NCBI GenBank assembly: GCA_963709535.1
Contig: CAVPWY010000019.1
Span: forward strand, 19,057 to 83,056
From: an uncultured Chloroflexia bacterium
GTDB taxonomy: Bacteria > Chloroflexota > Anaerolineae > Anaerolineales > Anaerolineaceae
Length of the DNA stretch: 64,000 nt
Reading direction: 5' to 3'
Translations under genes and position numbers: made by a program
Notes under the pieces: model-generated
Seen by the model: the letters and a program-made list of their open reading frames with translations, nothing else
Database searches by the model: none
Told to the model about the DNA's origin: nothing
Part shown: piece by piece, positions 1 to 10,201 of the stretch
Position numbering within the stretch: position 1 is the first letter of the stretch
How the letters are laid out: each line of letters starts with the position of its first letter

Positions 1-259
1 GAGTAAGGAAATAACTGAGCTCGATTGATTCATCTGGTGAATTTCTCCCCGCTGCGAGATTGATACCCATAATTGCCCCGCTGACAGCTCCGCACATGCC
101 GCCTGTTCGGGAAACACCACTGCAAAACCCGGTTGCAATTCTGGGGATCAGATCTGATTGGATCCCCTGGTTTTCTGCTATCGCTAGCAGTACACTCTCT
201 GCACAGAAGTAACCTGACTTGAACAGTTCAATGCTTCTTTGTGGGGCTTTTTCATCCAT
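1..259 (-). CDS. C_GCAxxG_C_C family protein (partial, C-terminus beyond window start)
   Basis: Minus-strand translation MDEKAPQRSIELFKSGYFCAESVLLAIAENQGIQSDLIPRIATGFCSGVSRTGGMCGAVSGAIMG... The Cys spacing is typical of the family. ATG at 259 is preceded by an AAGGAGG RBS. Confidence 0.7.
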   Translation of the reverse strand, partial: MDEKAPQRSIELFKSGYFCAESVLLAIAENQGIQSDLIPRIATGFCSGVSRTGGMCGAVSGAIMGINLAAGRNSPDESIELSYFLT

Positions 260-311
260 TGTTCAACCTCCTTGGTAGTTCCTTACTTGCAGGAAGCTTT
301 CTGCTACTTCA

Positions 312-1079
312 TCACAACGATAAACAAATTCTGATCGAAATATCTACAAGGTTTTCACGAATTTCCACCCTATTATGCCATTTTCTACTATCCCATACCA
401 CATCACTCAGGTCATCTCCACCATACAAGATCTGGCCCAATTTTACGTTTCTAAATTTGGCCACCGCAAAAAAGGCAGCCGCCTCCATCTCCACGGTGAC
501 GCAGCCTTCCGATTTTCTCAGTTCTACTTTCTTCTCTGTCTCCCGATAAAACGAATCGGTTGTCCAGGTTTTTGCTTTTATATATTCGATCTTGTCTTTT
601 ATGAATTCTTCTTCGATCTTTGCAACTACTTCAGGGTTGCATTCAATTTCTCTGGCTGGTGGAAGATAATGATAAGAAGCACCTTCATCCCGTACTGCTG
701 ACGTTGGAATGACCAGATGCCCAACGGCGATGTCCTTTCTCAGTACACCCGCACCCCCGCAAACGATGAATTTATTGAAACCAAGGGCAATTAACTCTTC
801 CAGGAAAGCCGCTGACCCGGCTGCACCTAAATATCCCAAAAATAAATGGATCTTTTTCCCCTTGTAATCCATTTCATAGATCGGAATATCCATGGTCTCA
901 CAATTCAATAGTTTGACCACCTTGATCAAACCCTTCTTTTCCATGTTCTCGAGAACTTCACGAAAAAAAGTAATTACACAATATTCATACCCTTCCGCTT
1001 TTTTATGGGAAAAGGAAGGTTCAATTTTTGCCACCCGGGTATCATCAAATTCCAATATTGGGTACTTTTCTTTTTTCAT
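312..1079 (-). CDS. nucleoside phosphorylase-family protein (PNP/UDP phosphorylase fold)
   Basis: ORF 312..1139. Gly-rich LGYLGAAGSAAF and a C-terminal EMEAAAFFAVA motif match the PNP_UDP_1 fold. The internal ATG at 1079 (MKKEKYP) has a GGAG RBS and is the likelier start. Confidence 0.7.
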   Translation of the reverse strand: MKKEKYPILEFDDTRVAKIEPSFSHKKAEGYEYCVITFFREVLENMEKKGLIKVVKLLNCETMDIPIYEMDYKGKKIHLFLGYLGAAGSAAFLEELIALGFNKFIVCGGAGVLRKDIAVGHLVIPTSAVRDEGASYHYLPPAREIECNPEVVAKIEEEFIKDKIEYIKAKTWTTDSFYRETEKKVELRKSEGCVTVEMEAAAFFAVAKFRNVKLGQILYGGDDLSDVVWDSRKWHNRVEIRENLVDISIRICLSL

Positions 1080-1190
1080 GAGATCTCCATCCATCATAAT
1101 CACTAGCACTATCACCAGGCAGATCATTTCCTGCCACAAACATACTTACCTGTATAAATTATAGCTTGACTTGCTTTGATTCTGCCCATT

Positions 1191-1820
1191 TCATCTCAAC
1201 AGTACAGGTATCCCTGGAAATAACATGCATGGCAAAATGACTTTGGATTGAGGTTGGTAACTGATGTCAGGATTTATTTGAGTACCTTGTTTGGGTTCGC
1301 TGCCAGGATTATGGAACATTCCATACCACATGATTGCGCCAAGAACCACCGCCATCGTCAAATGCATGACGAACGACCCACCATACCATTGCAAAATCTC
1401 AAATTTCGTCATCTTCAACAGTATGGGTGTTGTCACCAGGATCGGTTGACTAAAGACCTCGACGTACAGGATCGCCACGAGTAAGGTCTTTTTCAAAGTG
1501 ATCAGTCTCAGCGCAGGAAACTTGGCCATTATTACACCAAAGAGCACACCAAACAGCGGACCGATCAAATAGTGTGCTATGACGCCAGTTGGAATGCCGC
1601 CGGCCACCTGCAAACCCAATTCGAAAAAGAGCTGTGAAACAGTATCTCCCACTATCGAGAAGCACAACAAAGCCGGAAGTCTGAATGCGAGGAATGCTAC
1701 CATAAGCATGCCATCCATCACCATCGTGCCGGTCAATCCCCCGATAAAACCCCATCCCATCCCTCTGGTGAGCGGTGTAAGTTTAACATTTCCAGAATTT
1801 AGCTTATATGTGTTTTCCAT
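1191..1820 (-). CDS. polytopic membrane protein, unknown function
   Basis: 209-aa ORF with several hydrophobic helices; GGAGG RBS immediately 5' of the ATG at 1820. Confidence 0.65.
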   Translation of the reverse strand: MENTYKLNSGNVKLTPLTRGMGWGFIGGLTGTMVMDGMLMVAFLAFRLPALLCFSIVGDTVSQLFFELGLQVAGGIPTGVIAHYLIGPLFGVLFGVIMAKFPALRLITLKKTLLVAILYVEVFSQPILVTTPILLKMTKFEILQWYGGSFVMHLTMAVVLGAIMWYGMFHNPGSEPKQGTQINPDISYQPQSKVILPCMLFPGIPVLLR

Positions 1821-1915
1821 TTTTCCTCCACAAATAGTTGCCAGATTTCACGGTGTTTGCTGTAATGATAAAGACCTGCGAACCGCTATATCTGATTTCC
1901 GGTCGTCCCGTACCT

Positions 1916-3208
1916 TTACTGACCCTGGTCACCCACCAACGTGTCGCTCATTAAGTCAGTCGTCCGGCTAAAAGCCATGGTCAAAGATGTAACGATCATG
2001 ATCAATCCCGCAGCCACAAAGACGGATACAACACTCCAGCGTAAGGCAAAGCCGGAAAGAGCTTGAGAAAGCGGCATCATGCACAGGTTGGCAAGCAGGA
2101 TCATGCTCATTAATCGACCTAGAAGATCTTTGGGTGTGGTGCGCTGTAAGCTTGTGATCATCAGGAGGAAGAGGTAACCTTCCAGAACGCCGAGGATGAA
2201 TAGATCAAGGGTGGCCATCCAGGTGATCGAGATCCAACTCATGGAAATGATCCCCAGACCAAAGGTTGCGAATAAAGCTACCATCATTCCCCGGACTATA
2301 CGTTTGGTTAATTTGGGCAGGACACCCGAAAGGATGATACCCAGTAAGTTGCCGCCCGCATAACCGGAAATGATGATCCCATAGGCTGCAGCACCACCCG
2401 AAAAGCGTGTATCGGCCAGGTAAGGGATACCTACCAGTAGCGGACCGGTAAAGCAGAGATTAGCCACCGCGATCAGGATGAACATCATTCGTAGTACAGG
2501 ATCCTTCAGCATATACCCGAACCCGTCTTTGATGGATTTGACGAGGTTAACAGGTTGAGGTTTCTCCAAAGAAGTTCTTACGATCTCACCGGATCGCATC
2601 TTCCACAATGTGACCACCGAAATCACGAAGGTCATGGCGTCGATGGCAATGGCCATGCCCATGCCTGCTTTTTCATCTGTAAAAGCTGCAATCAATCCAC
2701 CGGCTAGTGCCGGGCCGATAAAACCGATCAGCGAAGAGCTGCCTTGGGTTAGAGAGTTTCCTGTTTGCAGATCCTCTTCAGGAACGATAAGGGGGACGAT
2801 CGACATGGAAGCCGGGCCGAATAGTCCGCCCATGATACCATTGACCGCACCATAAATATAGATCATCCAGACTTGCAGTGTTCCGGTAAAGACCTGTATC
2901 GCCAGTATTGCTGCAAGGAAAAGCCTGACAAAGTCGGAGATCAGCATTAATTTCCGTGGTGATATTCGATCAGTGACTGCCCCGCCGATCACTGTGAAAA
3001 TTGCCCGGGTAACTCCACCCAAAGCCATGACCATTCCAATAGCCATGGGATCACCTGTCATTTTCATGACAAGCCAGGCTCCAGCAATGCTGTGAAATTG
3101 ATCTCCCAGCATGGAAGTGCTCTGACCGATCCATAACAATAAGAAATCACGAATCCCGAGAACTTTCATCATCGGGCTGCTTGAAGGTAATGCAATTGTC
3201 TGTTCCAT
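1916..3208 (-). CDS. MFS transporter
   Basis: ORF 1916..3256; 12-TM-like hydrophobic pattern with MFS-type Gly-rich loops. The likelier start is MEQTIAL at 3208, preceded by GGAG. Confidence 0.85.
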   Translation of the reverse strand: MEQTIALPSSSPMMKVLGIRDFLLLWIGQSTSMLGDQFHSIAGAWLVMKMTGDPMAIGMVMALGGVTRAIFTVIGGAVTDRISPRKLMLISDFVRLFLAAILAIQVFTGTLQVWMIYIYGAVNGIMGGLFGPASMSIVPLIVPEEDLQTGNSLTQGSSSLIGFIGPALAGGLIAAFTDEKAGMGMAIAIDAMTFVISVVTLWKMRSGEIVRTSLEKPQPVNLVKSIKDGFGYMLKDPVLRMMFILIAVANLCFTGPLLVGIPYLADTRFSGGAAAYGIIISGYAGGNLLGIILSGVLPKLTKRIVRGMMVALFATFGLGIISMSWISITWMATLDLFILGVLEGYLFLLMITSLQRTTPKDLLGRLMSMILLANLCMMPLSQALSGFALRWSVVSVFVAAGLIMIVTSLTMAFSRTTDLMSDTLVGDQGQ

Positions 3209-3245
3209 AATATGCTCCAAAAATAATATGAGATGATTACTCTGG

Positions 3246-3281
3246 TAGAAGGACACATCGATTTGTCCTTCTACCAGTGAA
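3246..3281. promoter_or_regulatory. perfect 14-bp inverted repeat (ctggtagaaggaca-N8-tgtccttctaccag)
   Basis: Read directly from the sequence. Lies between the stop of the small membrane gene (3298) and the MFS start (3208). No T-tract follows, so an operator or attenuator is as likely as a terminator. Confidence 0.5.
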
Positions 3282-3297
3282 GATATATCCGGTTTAT

Positions 3298-3645
3298 CTA
3301 ATCTTGATTATTGCCAGCTCGCAAAGCATTGCGAAGCAGGATTACACCCAGAGTCAACAGCAGGATCGCGAAGGTTGGTATCTCGAACGAAAGGTGCAGG
3401 AGAGGGCGTGCCAGTTCCAGAGCACCCAGGAACAGCAGCATGATACCCAGGGTGGTTGTAAAACTACTGGTGGACTGCCTTTTCCATGATCGAGCTACAT
3501 TAAGTGCGATCAGGATGATGCCTATACCTACAGCGCCTGTACCTTCCGGCAGGGTTGGGATCATCTCTGTGATACCCCACAGGATAAAGATTGCGCCCCA
3601 GGCGATCGTGCTAAAATCTGTGTTTGACTTAAATATATTTTCCAT
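3298..3645 (-). CDS. small membrane protein (about 3 TM), unknown function
   Basis: 115-aa hydrophobic ORF; GGAGG RBS 5' of the ATG at 3645. Confidence 0.6.
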   Translation of the reverse strand: MENIFKSNTDFSTIAWGAIFILWGITEMIPTLPEGTGAVGIGIILIALNVARSWKRQSTSSFTTTLGIMLLFLGALELARPLLHLSFEIPTFAILLLTLGVILLRNALRAGNNQD

Positions 3646-3684
3646 TTTTCCTCCAAAATATGTTGTTTGATTTTGATTATCTTT

Positions 3685-3915
3685 TTACGATTGAACATTT
3701 ACCATTGCCCGGTAGGCGCATTTCCTCGCCTGGTGGGCTTTCCAGCCCGGCCACCATTTGGCATGCCAAGCGTGGATTCGGGCGAAGAATGACCGTGGTT
3801 GTTTCTGTGCTAATTTCATCATGGGGCAATTTTCACACTTGTGGACCTTTTCGATAACAGATGCACTCCAGTTGATGGTTACCGAATTGGGATTGAACTG
3901 CTGTGATTTTTCCAT
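3685..3915 (-). CDS. small basic Trp/His-rich protein, unknown function
   Basis: 76-aa ORF. An AAAGGAGA RBS lies 6 nt before the ATG at 3915. The composition is unusual (HAWHAKWWPGWKAHQARKC). There is no alternative ORF on the other strand. Confidence 0.45.
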   Translation of the reverse strand: MEKSQQFNPNSVTINWSASVIEKVHKCENCPMMKLAQKQPRSFFARIHAWHAKWWPGWKAHQARKCAYRAMVNVQS

Positions 3916-3918
3916 TTC

Positions 3919-4200
3919 TTATCTCCTTTGATTAATATTTTTATTTTCATTCACTGACAACAAAGTCAGGTTGAGACCATATAATTTGTTCAAAGTACCC
4001 ATCAAGGCGGCTTGATCTACAATGTGACCGTAGAGGATCATTTCGCCATTATCCAGAAGCTTCACCGCCAGACCTTCCAACCAATCTGACCAGCTTTCAT
4101 CGAGATGACCTTTGACGTGGATCTCGTAGAAATCACCACGAAGGCTTGTAGGAAGTTCGCCCTGGTCTTCATTGTTTTTTTCATCGTTTTTGTTCATCAT
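3919..4200 (-). CDS. small acidic hypothetical protein
   Basis: ORF 3919..4245. An internal ATG at 4200 (MMNKNDEK...) has an AAGAGGAAAT RBS; the stop abuts the RBS of the next gene. Confidence 0.5.
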   Translation of the reverse strand: MMNKNDEKNNEDQGELPTSLRGDFYEIHVKGHLDESWSDWLEGLAVKLLDNGEMILYGHIVDQAALMGTLNKLYGLNLTLLSVNENKNINQRR

Positions 4201-4389
4201 ATTTCCTCTTGGTTCTAATTTATCAATTTCGCGAGATGGCATCATCGACTAAAGGTTGTAGATGGGGTTGTATTTATTTCTCCTGGAGAAATAGTCAGCA
4301 CTCACGGATTTCTTACAGCAGGTAAACGAAAAAGCTGGCGATGGAGGATTTCCACTGCCAGCTTCTTGATAGTGATTATCTGGTGCTGC

Positions 4390-7067
4390 TTATCCGAATA
4401 TTTTAAGCTCTTTGCCAAAAGCAACAGCCTGGGTTCGGCTCGCCACTCCCAGTTTTGTGTAAATATTGCTGATATGGCGCTTCACAGTGGGAAGGGAGAT
4501 GACCAATCTTTCGGCAATATCCTGATTGGAACAACCACCTTTGATGAGCGTCAAGACTTCCACCTCACGTGTGGTTAACGGCTCAGGCAGGAGTTGCATG
4601 GATGGTTGTGTCATACCGGAGTTTTTGCCAATCATGGACAACAGTTCGGTTGCATAACCGTTCCCGGGTTGACGTGACTGAACCTGGCAGAGCAATTTCG
4701 TCATCGCTTCGCCTTCATCGAGGAAAACTCGCACGTATCCCTCTGGTTGAGCCAGGGAAAGCGCTCGTTCCAAAGCAGCCAGGGCTTGTTCGGTCTCCTT
4801 TTTTCCCTGAAGCGCCAGTGCGTGAAGGACCAGGACTCCAATGACCAATCCCATTTGCCCGGTTGTCTCTGCTTGCTGAAGCAATCGGTTGGAAAGAATA
4901 ATGGTTGCCTCATGATCGCCTTTAGCCAGGAGCAATCGCAGGAGGAGGACATATTCACTCTCCCGTTGATAAGGAATTTCGTCATTGATCGTTAATCCCC
5001 TCTTTTGAATCCGTTGGGAAAGTTTCTCTAAATCTCCTTGTGCAACCCATACCCGCGCCAACTCCGATCTCACCTGGATGGACCAATGCGGCGATAGTGG
5101 ACGTTCACCAATTAATAGCTCTGCTTGACGCATGGCGTCACGGGTTTTCTCCGGATTATTCCGGGCAAGCTCCAGTCTTGCCTGAATGGCATAAGCAAAC
5201 GCTTCTTGTCCGAAATCTCCCCAGATCCGGCTCAGTTCCAGGCACTGGCGGATATTGAGGTCCGCATCGTCCAATCGATTCCATTCATAAGCCAACCTTC
5301 CCATCCCGGCAAAGATCCCTGCAGCTAATGCTGATCTTTGACCATCCGGACGCACAGCCATTTGTAATGATTGGGTATATGTGTCTGCTGCCAGGTGGAG
5401 TTGCCCTTGTTCCATTAGAATGTCGGCGATGTTGGAGGTGGCGATGATGACCATGTGTCGGTTATTTGCCTCTCTACCGATACGCATCGCTTCAGTGTAG
5501 GCACTTTTGGCATTTTCCAAATTCCCATTGACCCAGCTTGCATCCCCGAGGATTGAAGTTGCCAGACTTCGTATGCTTTGAGCGATTGAACTGCAATCCG
5601 GCAGCTGCTGGAGCGCTTTTTGAGCATAATCCGCAGCGAGTTGAGTATTCCCCCGCGAGTTGGCACAATGGGCTCGGGCAGCGGCAATTGTCCCCAGCAT
5701 TGTCCTTACTTCAACAGAGGATTCAAGTGAAGAAAGCAATTGCTCGGGTCCTTTCAGGGTTGTCTCGACTTGATCTAAATTTCCAGTAATTGCTTGCGCC
5801 CAGGCCTTTTGGATGGCCAGCCAGGGATGTGCATCTGATTGAAACTCTATGGCGCTGGTCCAATTGAGAAGAGTGGATACCTCACCACTCATGAGGAGGT
5901 AACAGCCATTATCCTCGATCAATTTAGCTGCCCGGATCTGGTCCCCTGCAGAGAGGGCATACTGGATGGCTTCGGAGATAAATCCATTTTGCTCATACCA
6001 TTCAGATGCTCGACGGTGAAGGTCCGGGAGCAAATGTGGAAACTGGTGCTTCAGGCGTTTATTAAGAACATCCGAAAATAAGTGGTGATAACGATACCAA
6101 TGCCGCTCATCGTCCAGCGGGATGAGGAACAAGTTCATTTGCTCCAGTGTTTCCAGCGTTGTTTGTCCATCAATTGGACTGGATGGGTCAACGCCGATGA
6201 CCGCCTCGCAAAGTGGTCCGCAAAGGCGCATTAATATGGATGACTGCAATAAAAAGGTGCTGATATTCGGAGGCTGAAGTTTTAGTACCTCTTCGATCAG
6301 GTAATCCATCACATAGTAATGACTACCTGTGAAAGCCGAGATGAAACCATGAATATCCTGGCAATTTTGCATGGAAAGGGCTGCCAGTTGAAGTCCCGCT
6401 ATCCATCCCTCGGTTCGCACCTCAATTGCGCCAAGATCTTCGACGGAAATTCTCAATCGCATGATTTCGTTCAGAAAGACGGCAATTTCGTCCTGATTAA
6501 AGCGCAATTGATCAGCCCGAATATCGATCAGCTGGTTGCGAACGCGCAGCCGTGAAAGCGGGAAAGGTGGATCTGTTCTTGAAAGAAGCACAAGATGCAT
6601 ATTGGGAGGCATGTGCTCGAGTAAAAATAAAACCATATTAACTACCGGTTGGGAGGAAATGACGTGAAAATCATCCAGGACTACAATAATTGGAGTTGTT
6701 TGCCTGGTGATTTCATTGATCATTAGATTCATTAGCTCTTCAAACGAGGGCGGCTGCGCAACATTGAGCATACCCGGCAAATCCATTCCAAGGTTTGGAA
6801 TGAGTTTTTGAAGTGAGGTGATGAAATACTGGAAAAAGCGAATGGGATCATTATCACCTTCGTCCAGCGAAAGCCAGGTCGAAGGGTTATTCGTTTCGTG
6901 CAACCAACTGCTGATCAGTGTGGTTTTGCCGTAACCCGCTGGCGCTGAAACCAGGGTCAGCTTGTGCTGGATGCCGAAATTTAACTGCTCGATCAGTCTT
7001 TTGCGTAAAATCCAACCCGGATGAAGGGGGGGGCAAAAAGCTTGGTTGGAAGGATAAGTGTGTCCAT
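4390..7067 (-). CDS. LAL/MalT-type LuxR-family transcriptional regulator (N-terminus frameshifted at a G8 tract)
   Basis: ORF 4390..6903 has a C-terminal LuxR HTH (LTTREVEVLTLIKGGCSNQDIAERLVISLPTVKRHISNIYTKLG) and TPR-like repeats. In the same frame upstream of the TTG at 6903 lies a Walker A motif (LVSAPAGYGKTTLISSWL) with no start codon. The ATG at 7067 (MDTLILPTKLFAPP) joins this frame if the G8 run at 7026..7033 is 9 nt. Confidence 0.8.
7026..7033. repeat. G8 homopolymer at the frameshift point of the LAL regulator
   Basis: ggggggggg-type run read directly from the sequence; a +1 change here restores the reading frame. Confidence 0.7.
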
Positions 7068-7436
7068 CGTCACCAGGATCCGAGAAACGTGGAAAACAAT
7101 ATCATCATAACATATCCACAAAGCGAATTTTCAGCGAATTAATCAATTAGGATCAAAATTCGAATTCACACCAACATAAAGGCATATAAAGGGAGCCATT
7201 TATTGCTGATACAAAGGTATTTTTATTGCCTCCTACACTTGTAAATTGCACTTCCTTCGTTCTCGTACAATACTTGCCATGGTTGCAAGTTCAAACCGGT
7301 CAAGTGTACTAAAAACAGAAATAAATTCATAAAATTATTGCATGAAATTTATTAACTGAACTATAGTTATTTGTATATAATTTTGAAATCATCGATAAGT
7401 ATTAGATCATCCAACAATAATAGAGGGATTCGCACC

Positions 7437-8081
7437 ATGGAAATACAAACTACAAACTCCCAGGAAGTAAATCAAGTACTCCTTATCCAACAAAAACTAG
7501 CATTAGAGGCGAAATATAAAAGCGGTGTAAATTGGTTCTACTGGATCGGTGGAATGTCTGTCATTAATTCATTGATCTATATCTTTGGTGGATCACTCTC
7601 ATTTGTGGTAGGTCTTGGAATTACACAGTTCGTTGATGTTGTTGCTCACAATATTGCAGAAGATTTCTCGGCGAATGGCAGTTTTATTATGCTTTTATTT
7701 GGATTTGCTTTTAACTTTGCTATGGCTGGAATTTTTATTGTAACAGGCTTGCTCGGTCATCTTCGGTACCGCTGGGCAATTCTCATAGGAATGATATTGT
7801 ATGCCCTTGATGCTTTTATACTCATTTGGGCGAGTGACTGGTTCGGTGTTGCCTTTCACCTCTTTGCCCTATATGGCTTGTTCGGCGGATTGAACGCTTA
7901 TAAAAAGCTGCAGGCTTTTAACATGACTTCACCGATTATGGTTACTGCTTTCCCTGACGCAGAAAAAATCCCATGGTATAAAACTAACGTGTTTCGAATA
8001 ATTGGCAGCGCGGCATTGGTTTATGGTGGATTACTTATTGTATTGGTTGTCATTGGCATAATTGTAGTCACCTCGAAGTAA
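7437..8081 (+). CDS. polytopic membrane protein, unknown function
   Basis: ORF 7371..8081; the ATG at 7437 (MEIQTT) follows AGAGGGA; multiple hydrophobic helices. The region is AT-rich. Confidence 0.55.
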   Translation: MEIQTTNSQEVNQVLLIQQKLALEAKYKSGVNWFYWIGGMSVINSLIYIFGGSLSFVVGLGITQFVDVVAHNIAEDFSANGSFIMLLFGFAFNFAMAGIFIVTGLLGHLRYRWAILIGMILYALDAFILIWASDWFGVAFHLFALYGLFGGLNAYKKLQAFNMTSPIMVTAFPDAEKIPWYKTNVFRIIGSAALVYGGLLIVLVVIGIIVVTSK

Positions 8082-8224
8082 AATAGAAATAAAATGATAA
8101 ATACCTGACACCATATGCATATAATGCCAGACAGTTGATACATTTCTTCATTGAAATTAATATGTATTCCAAAGTTAGTCCACACTTCGGATGCTAAGGC
8201 AAAAATATGACTTAGGGAGGTTTC

Positions 8225-8560
8225 ATGGCAGATATAGTTTTTAATCCAAGCGATAAGGTAGTCATAAAATACGATTGCGGTGAATATTATGCAGATTATC
8301 CCTCGCAGATAATTCTAGGCGCAACCAGAGGGAGCATAGGGCGAATTGTGAGTATCGAAGAGTTCAAGACCGATTTTATTAAGCGTCTTGGGCGACAACA
8401 GCTTAGCCAGGAACAAAAACAGGCTTATATCGCCCACTTTAATGTTGTTCAACAGGCAATGGCTTACGGATTACAATATCCAATTCTCTTTGAAAAAATT
8501 GAGCGCCCAAAGCTATTGCTACAGACCTTGTGCTTGGCAGGCCAAAGTCCATCGAATTGA
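8225..8560 (+). CDS. hypothetical protein (possibly the N-terminal part of one frameshifted gene with 8530..9039)
   Basis: 111-aa ORF with a GGGAGG RBS; it overlaps the next ORF by 31 nt in another frame. Confidence 0.4.
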   Translation: MADIVFNPSDKVVIKYDCGEYYADYPSQIILGATRGSIGRIVSIEEFKTDFIKRLGRQQLSQEQKQAYIAHFNVVQQAMAYGLQYPILFEKIERPKLLLQTLCLAGQSPSN

Positions 8561-9039
8561 TCGATGGCGCAGCTGTTGAAAAAGCGGGGGGCGGAGGAGG
8601 TCTGAGTCAAGTCTCAGCATTATTCAGTAAAGCTGCACCAAAATCAGTACCAGCCGGAAAAATCGTCTGGCCTGCTGCCAAAGGTATTCACGATCAGGCG
8701 AAATTCACAGATCTTGAATTGGCGATAGTCTTGTCAAATCCAAGACCTGCAACCCGGGAAGATATCGAATTTGTATACTTGAGATATATCAGTACAGTTC
8801 CCTACCACAACCTGTGGTTCAGGTTGAAAGAAGTTGTGGCAGAAGCAGCATTCGATATTATTGATACATTACGCTTTCCCAAGCACAACCATGCCGGGTA
8901 CAGTTGGGAAGTAATATCAGAGCTGGTGGAGAAAAATGATCCGAGGAGATCATTGTGGTATACACAAGAACAGCACGAGGCATTGGTTGTTGCTGCACAG
9001 AAAATCTATCGCTTGGAGAATGAACGTGGTTTGCGTTGA
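8530..9039 (+). CDS. hypothetical protein
   Basis: 169-aa ORF with a Gly-rich linker (AGGGGGL) followed by a folded-looking domain; no family recognised. Confidence 0.4.
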   Translation: MLGRPKSIELIDGAAVEKAGGGGGLSQVSALFSKAAPKSVPAGKIVWPAAKGIHDQAKFTDLELAIVLSNPRPATREDIEFVYLRYISTVPYHNLWFRLKEVVAEAAFDIIDTLRFPKHNHAGYSWEVISELVEKNDPRRSLWYTQEQHEALVVAAQKIYRLENERGLR

Positions 9040-9193
9040 TATTTCTTAATACAACACCCTACTCAGCATGCCACGGATATTACAGGTATTAGCCTTAACT
9101 ACCAGGGAGGGTGATCCATACTGGATTTGGAGTTAGGTTGCCTCCAATGGGGCAGAATGGTGGATTAGCGGTTTCTGTTAGGAAGATAAAGAC

Positions 9194-10015
9194 ATGAAAT
9201 ACTTTTCAGCAATTGTTAAGGTGATTATTATTTTACTTCTCGGCACCGTATGTGTGAGTTGCGGGAAGATCTCGTTTTCCCCGTTGAAGACTCCTTCTGC
9301 CTTACCTATTGTCAATCCGGGTGAACTCAACTTTCAAGATCCTGAAACAAGACAGCATTTTATATCACTAGATCGATGTATCAATAATTTCATTGATGAA
9401 AATTGGACGTCAATACCATACCAGCTAAATGGGAATTTTTACCAAACCTCCTGGTGCCATGGAACTGGAGCAACATCAGACTGTCGAATTGCAGGATCAA
9501 CCATTGATAATCGGGATCAACAAGTCTTAAGCCTAAATACATTAACTTATCCGCAAGAGTTTCCTGCTTTCTTTGGACTTGGGTTTGAAGCACTTCGGGT
9601 TCCACCAGGGACAGGCTGGGGGGTACATTTTTCTTTTTCGGAAAATGGAGGTAGCGTCGTTGGAGATCATTGGGGTGTGAGATTTGATAAGTACAGTACA
9701 CTTTCGGGTCAAAGCGAATCAACTGTCATCCTGTGGTCATACGTTGAATATAAGATTCAAGAAACACTTGTTCAGTATTCTTTTAATCTTCCACTTCGAG
9801 ATGATCTGGCTCTTTACTTGAAGTCACCGGAAGCGATGCGAACTCGTCGGTTGGAACAGATCCGGGCTTTGGCACAAAAAGCTAAAACAACCATTGAAAC
9901 ACACCAGGCAAAAACTTGCGATTTGGGTCCATATGAAAACAATGGAATTCCGCCTGAATGTACTCCTGCGCCCATTGACACCAGAAGAAGAAACCGAAGA
10001 ACTGGTCAAGGCTGA
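9194..10015 (+). CDS. lipoprotein, unknown function
   Basis: Signal peptide with lipobox (LLLGTVCVSC); 273 aa; no family recognised. Confidence 0.55.
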   Translation: MKYFSAIVKVIIILLLGTVCVSCGKISFSPLKTPSALPIVNPGELNFQDPETRQHFISLDRCINNFIDENWTSIPYQLNGNFYQTSWCHGTGATSDCRIAGSTIDNRDQQVLSLNTLTYPQEFPAFFGLGFEALRVPPGTGWGVHFSFSENGGSVVGDHWGVRFDKYSTLSGQSESTVILWSYVEYKIQETLVQYSFNLPLRDDLALYLKSPEAMRTRRLEQIRALAQKAKTTIETHQAKTCDLGPYENNGIPPECTPAPIDTRRRNRRTGQG

Positions 10016-10121
10016 AAAATATTTTTCGGATCAAGAACAAATCTTGAACGAAAATTACCAGGTGCTATATACTGCCTGGATGAATGCGTTTCCATTGGAT
10101 CAATGTTGGCCTTAATAACTT

Positions 10122-10174
10122 TTCATTTACAATCAATTTCCCATCCGGGTCGGGATGGTCACTCGCAAGATCTA
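10122..10174. repeat. about 53-bp direct repeat, copy A
   Basis: catttacaatcaatttcccatccgggtcgggatggtcactcgcaagatct aligns with the copy at 10546..10600 at about 75-80% identity. Confidence 0.6.
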
Positions 10175-10201
10175 TGAACAGGAGGAATTCAAGGATGAAA
10201 C

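Noticed and set aside
241-701. Plus-strand ORFs 241..549 and 375..701
   Set aside because: They are antisense to the well-supported nucleoside-phosphorylase-like and C_GCAxxG_C_C genes, have low-complexity translations and lack an RBS.
3311-3857. Plus-strand ORFs 3311..3670 and 3660..3857 (Arg/Ser/Pro-rich)
   Set aside because: They are antisense to minus-strand genes that have strong Shine-Dalgarno sites, and their composition is typical of reverse-strand artefacts.
8225-9039. Calling 8225..8560 and 8530..9039 definitively as one frameshifted gene
   Set aside because: They overlap in different frames as the known frame shifts do, but there is no recognisable domain spanning the junction to confirm continuity, so I left them as two ORFs with a note.
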